Positions 5,742 to 8,805 of a stretch of DNA of 8,805 bases are shown here, piece after piece (position 1 is the first letter of the stretch; every line of letters begins with the position of its first letter). The DNA is from a virus (taxonomy: Duplodnaviria; Heunggongvirae; Uroviricota; Caudoviricetes): IMG/VR virus record IMGVR_UViG_2671180809_000010; one strand, 5' to 3'. A program made the position numbers and the translations under genes. The notes beneath the pieces are model-generated. The model did not search any database. It saw nothing but the letters and a program-made list of their open reading frames with translations, and was not told where the DNA came from.

Positions 5742-7922
5742 ATGAGCAAATTCACAGTTGATAGTTTTATCGTTGAACTTAGTTTCAGTGAAAACGTTAT
5801 TAAGGGCTTGCAAAGAGTTGAAAAGGCAGCTTTGCAGTCAGCACAAAGAATTGAACGCAATTTGAATAGAGCGTTTAAGGTCGATACCAAGCAACTTGAC
5901 AGCAATCTGACAAGTTCTTTAGGGCAGCTTGAAAGGAAGTTTAATAAGACCTTTGACAAGATTGAGCAGAGAGCAAGAAGCACAAAAGCATTTCAGTTTG
6001 CCACCAGATTTAATGACACTGTTAATCCTCCAAAACAATCAAGGCAACCACGAATTAGCGGAAACAGAGCAATCACAGCAGCGCATAGCGTGAATATGTC
6101 TAAGCTTGGTGATATTAATCCGCTGATGGCTAAAATGTTTAAAGCACAGTATTACAGCTTAAGCGGTAAGGCTGGTAATATTGGAAGTGAAAAGTTTAAC
6201 GCTGAACTTGCAAAATTAAATCAATCTCTTCGTGAAACGTTGAATAAACTCAGGTCACAGACAAAGACCGCCAGCATTAACAATACAAGCGACGCATTTA
6301 ATAATCTTGCAAGCAATGCGATTAAATTATCTGGTGCATTTTACTCTGTGATGGGTGCTCTTAACGCTTACAAGGCCATTATGAATGCAGGTCTTAAACG
6401 AGATTCCGCACAGAGAGCCGCTAAGTTTGTACTTGGTGATAAAGCATCTGAAGCTGAGGTATTTATTCGAAATTTAGCAGACAAGACAGGTCTTAATATC
6501 TCTGAAGGGCTATCAAGCTACGCTAAGTTTGCAGCAGGTGCTCAGGGTTCTATGTCACAGGAACAGACACAGGAGCTATTTGGTAATGCAACGGCTATGA
6601 GTCGCTTAATGGGGCTTTCTAACGATGAGCTAAACGGCATTTTGAGAGCATTTGAGCAGATGGCGAGCAAGGGCAAGATTCAGGCTGAGGAATTACGTGG
6701 GCAGTTAGGTGACCGTATGGCTGGTGCATTTAAGCTATTCGCTGAAGCATTGGGTATGACTGCTACAGAGCTTGATGCAGCCATGAAAAACGGGAAGGTA
6801 CTTTCCGCTGATACTCTCCCTAAAGTCGCTAAACAGATGGGCTTGATGATTGATAAAGCGGGTGGCTGGGCTGAAGTCACTAAGAGCACTCAGACAGCTT
6901 TAGGTAAGTTAGCAAACAATTGGGATGATACGATGGTGAAAATCTTCTCAGGTTCACAGGATGAGCTAAACGGCTTCTTATCCAGCCTGAGTAACCTGCT
7001 TAGTGAAATGGGGATGAGTTCTTCTATCGCTGGTGATGCTATCGGTGGACTTATCGACATGCTTAAAGCTGGTGTAGATGATATTCGCGTATTCAATAAC
7101 ACCATTGAAGGCTGGATTTTACAGACTAAGAAGTTCTATTACAGCCTTGATGACACTAAACGAAAACTACTTGATGAAGTCGGTGATGGTTTTATCAACT
7201 TCGTCAAAGGTCTTGCTATAGCGTTATCTGCAAAGACGCTATTCAGTGCTACTACAGGGGTTATGAACCTGACAAGAGCAATCACAACGTTAGGTACAAG
7301 AGCTAATCAGGTGGCTGGTCAGGTAGCTACTGGTAAAGGTGGTGGAAAACTGAAAGGTGTAGCTGGTGGTGTAGGTAGTGCTCTTGCAATTGGTTATGCT
7401 GATGACGGTTATGAAACAGCGTTAGCATTAGCTTCAATGATTCCACAAATCAGAGGCGTCACTCTTGGTTTATATGCATTGAAGAAAGCACTGGATTTTA
7501 TGAATCAGGAAGTAGTCAAAAACGCTAATATGCATCCGTCTGGGGTAGGTGTGGGTAGTGACTTTAATCCCGTGTATTCTGGTGACCCTAATAAACCGAA
7601 TATGATTAACGAAGGATGGAGTAGAATTTTTAGTTCAATGGGTGAATTGTTTAACAATGCCACAATGAATATTGCAAGATTCAATCATCCAGAGTTAAAC
7701 AACATTAAGCAAGATTCAGCATTAACGAGTGCAGATATTCAGGGTCTGAGGGATGAAATTAGTGCTTTGAGTAAGCGTATTCAGGAGCCAGTGAAAGTTT
7801 CACTTGGTGGTCAAGTTGTCGTTCGACCAGATGAACCATCTTTCTTTACTTTCAATCAATCAGCTAATGACCAGTTCACGCAGGATATGCTCTTAAGTTC
7901 AAGCTATCCAGAGGAAGAATGA
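5742..7922 (+). CDS. Phage tail tape measure protein, 726 aa
   Basis: AGAGGTGA at 5727-5734 before ATG 5742. The segment ...EQMASKGKIQAEELRGQLGDRMAGAFKLFAEALGMTATELDAAMKNGKVLSADTLPKVAKQM... (about 6610-6840) matches the conserved tape-measure domain (TIGR02675-type, by recall). There is a coiled-coil-like N-terminus and a Gly-rich hydrophobic stretch GKGGGKLKGVAGGVGSALAIGY... near the C-terminus. Confidence 0.75.
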   Translation: MSKFTVDSFIVELSFSENVIKGLQRVEKAALQSAQRIERNLNRAFKVDTKQLDSNLTSSLGQLERKFNKTFDKIEQRARSTKAFQFATRFNDTVNPPKQSRQPRISGNRAITAAHSVNMSKLGDINPLMAKMFKAQYYSLSGKAGNIGSEKFNAELAKLNQSLRETLNKLRSQTKTASINNTSDAFNNLASNAIKLSGAFYSVMGALNAYKAIMNAGLKRDSAQRAAKFVLGDKASEAEVFIRNLADKTGLNISEGLSSYAKFAAGAQGSMSQEQTQELFGNATAMSRLMGLSNDELNGILRAFEQMASKGKIQAEELRGQLGDRMAGAFKLFAEALGMTATELDAAMKNGKVLSADTLPKVAKQMGLMIDKAGGWAEVTKSTQTALGKLANNWDDTMVKIFSGSQDELNGFLSSLSNLLSEMGMSSSIAGDAIGGLIDMLKAGVDDIRVFNNTIEGWILQTKKFYYSLDDTKRKLLDEVGDGFINFVKGLAIALSAKTLFSATTGVMNLTRAITTLGTRANQVAGQVATGKGGGKLKGVAGGVGSALAIGYADDGYETALALASMIPQIRGVTLGLYALKKALDFMNQEVVKNANMHPSGVGVGSDFNPVYSGDPNKPNMINEGWSRIFSSMGELFNNATMNIARFNHPELNNIKQDSALTSADIQGLRDEISALSKRIQEPVKVSLGGQVVVRPDEPSFFTFNQSANDQFTQDMLLSSSYPEEE

Positions 7923-7934
7923 TTTAACGGTGTT

Positions 7935-7987
7935 CTACGTGAATAAAGCAAAGTTAATACCCACACCAAAAATTATTTTTCACGTAG
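7935..7987. repeat. 9-bp inverted repeat CTACGTGAA ... TTCACGTAG with 35-bp A+T-rich spacer
   Basis: Read directly, downstream of the tape measure stop. Confidence 0.5.
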
Positions 7988-8017
7988 CTCACGCTTAACA
8001 GAGAAAATACATATATA

Positions 8018-8805
<788 letters not shown>

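Noticed and set aside
3053-7105. Minus-strand ORFs 3053-3253, 5628-5813, 5723-5983, 6680-6889 and 6890-7105
   Set aside because: All are fully antisense to well-supported + strand genes, including the tape measure gene, with no SD sites or recognisable features.

Overview
AT-rich window (roughly 40% G+C by eye) that reads like part of a tailed-phage or prophage genome; host unknown. Nearly all credible genes are on the + strand with AGGA/GGAGG-type Shine-Dalgarno sites and several overlapping stop/start junctions. Left to right: (1) the 3' end of a phage-type N6-adenine DNA methyltransferase gene with a C-terminal helix-turn-helix tail, whose last ~534 bp occur as a diverged, in-frame tandem duplication; (2) a replication-initiator-like gene (winged-helix N-terminus, very acidic C-terminus) with four iteron-like repeats and an AT-rich tract inside its coding sequence, a lambda-O-type origin layout; (3) a cassette of small ORFs of unknown function plus one opposite-strand small membrane-protein gene; (4) a ~400-bp non-coding region with promoter-like and repeat elements; (5) two hypothetical genes, a 726-aa tail tape measure protein, and the start of the next tail gene, which shows a reading-frame break. 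I recognised no rRNA, tRNA, CRISPR array, integrase or transposase. All family assignments come from motif recall; no database or HMM search was possible.
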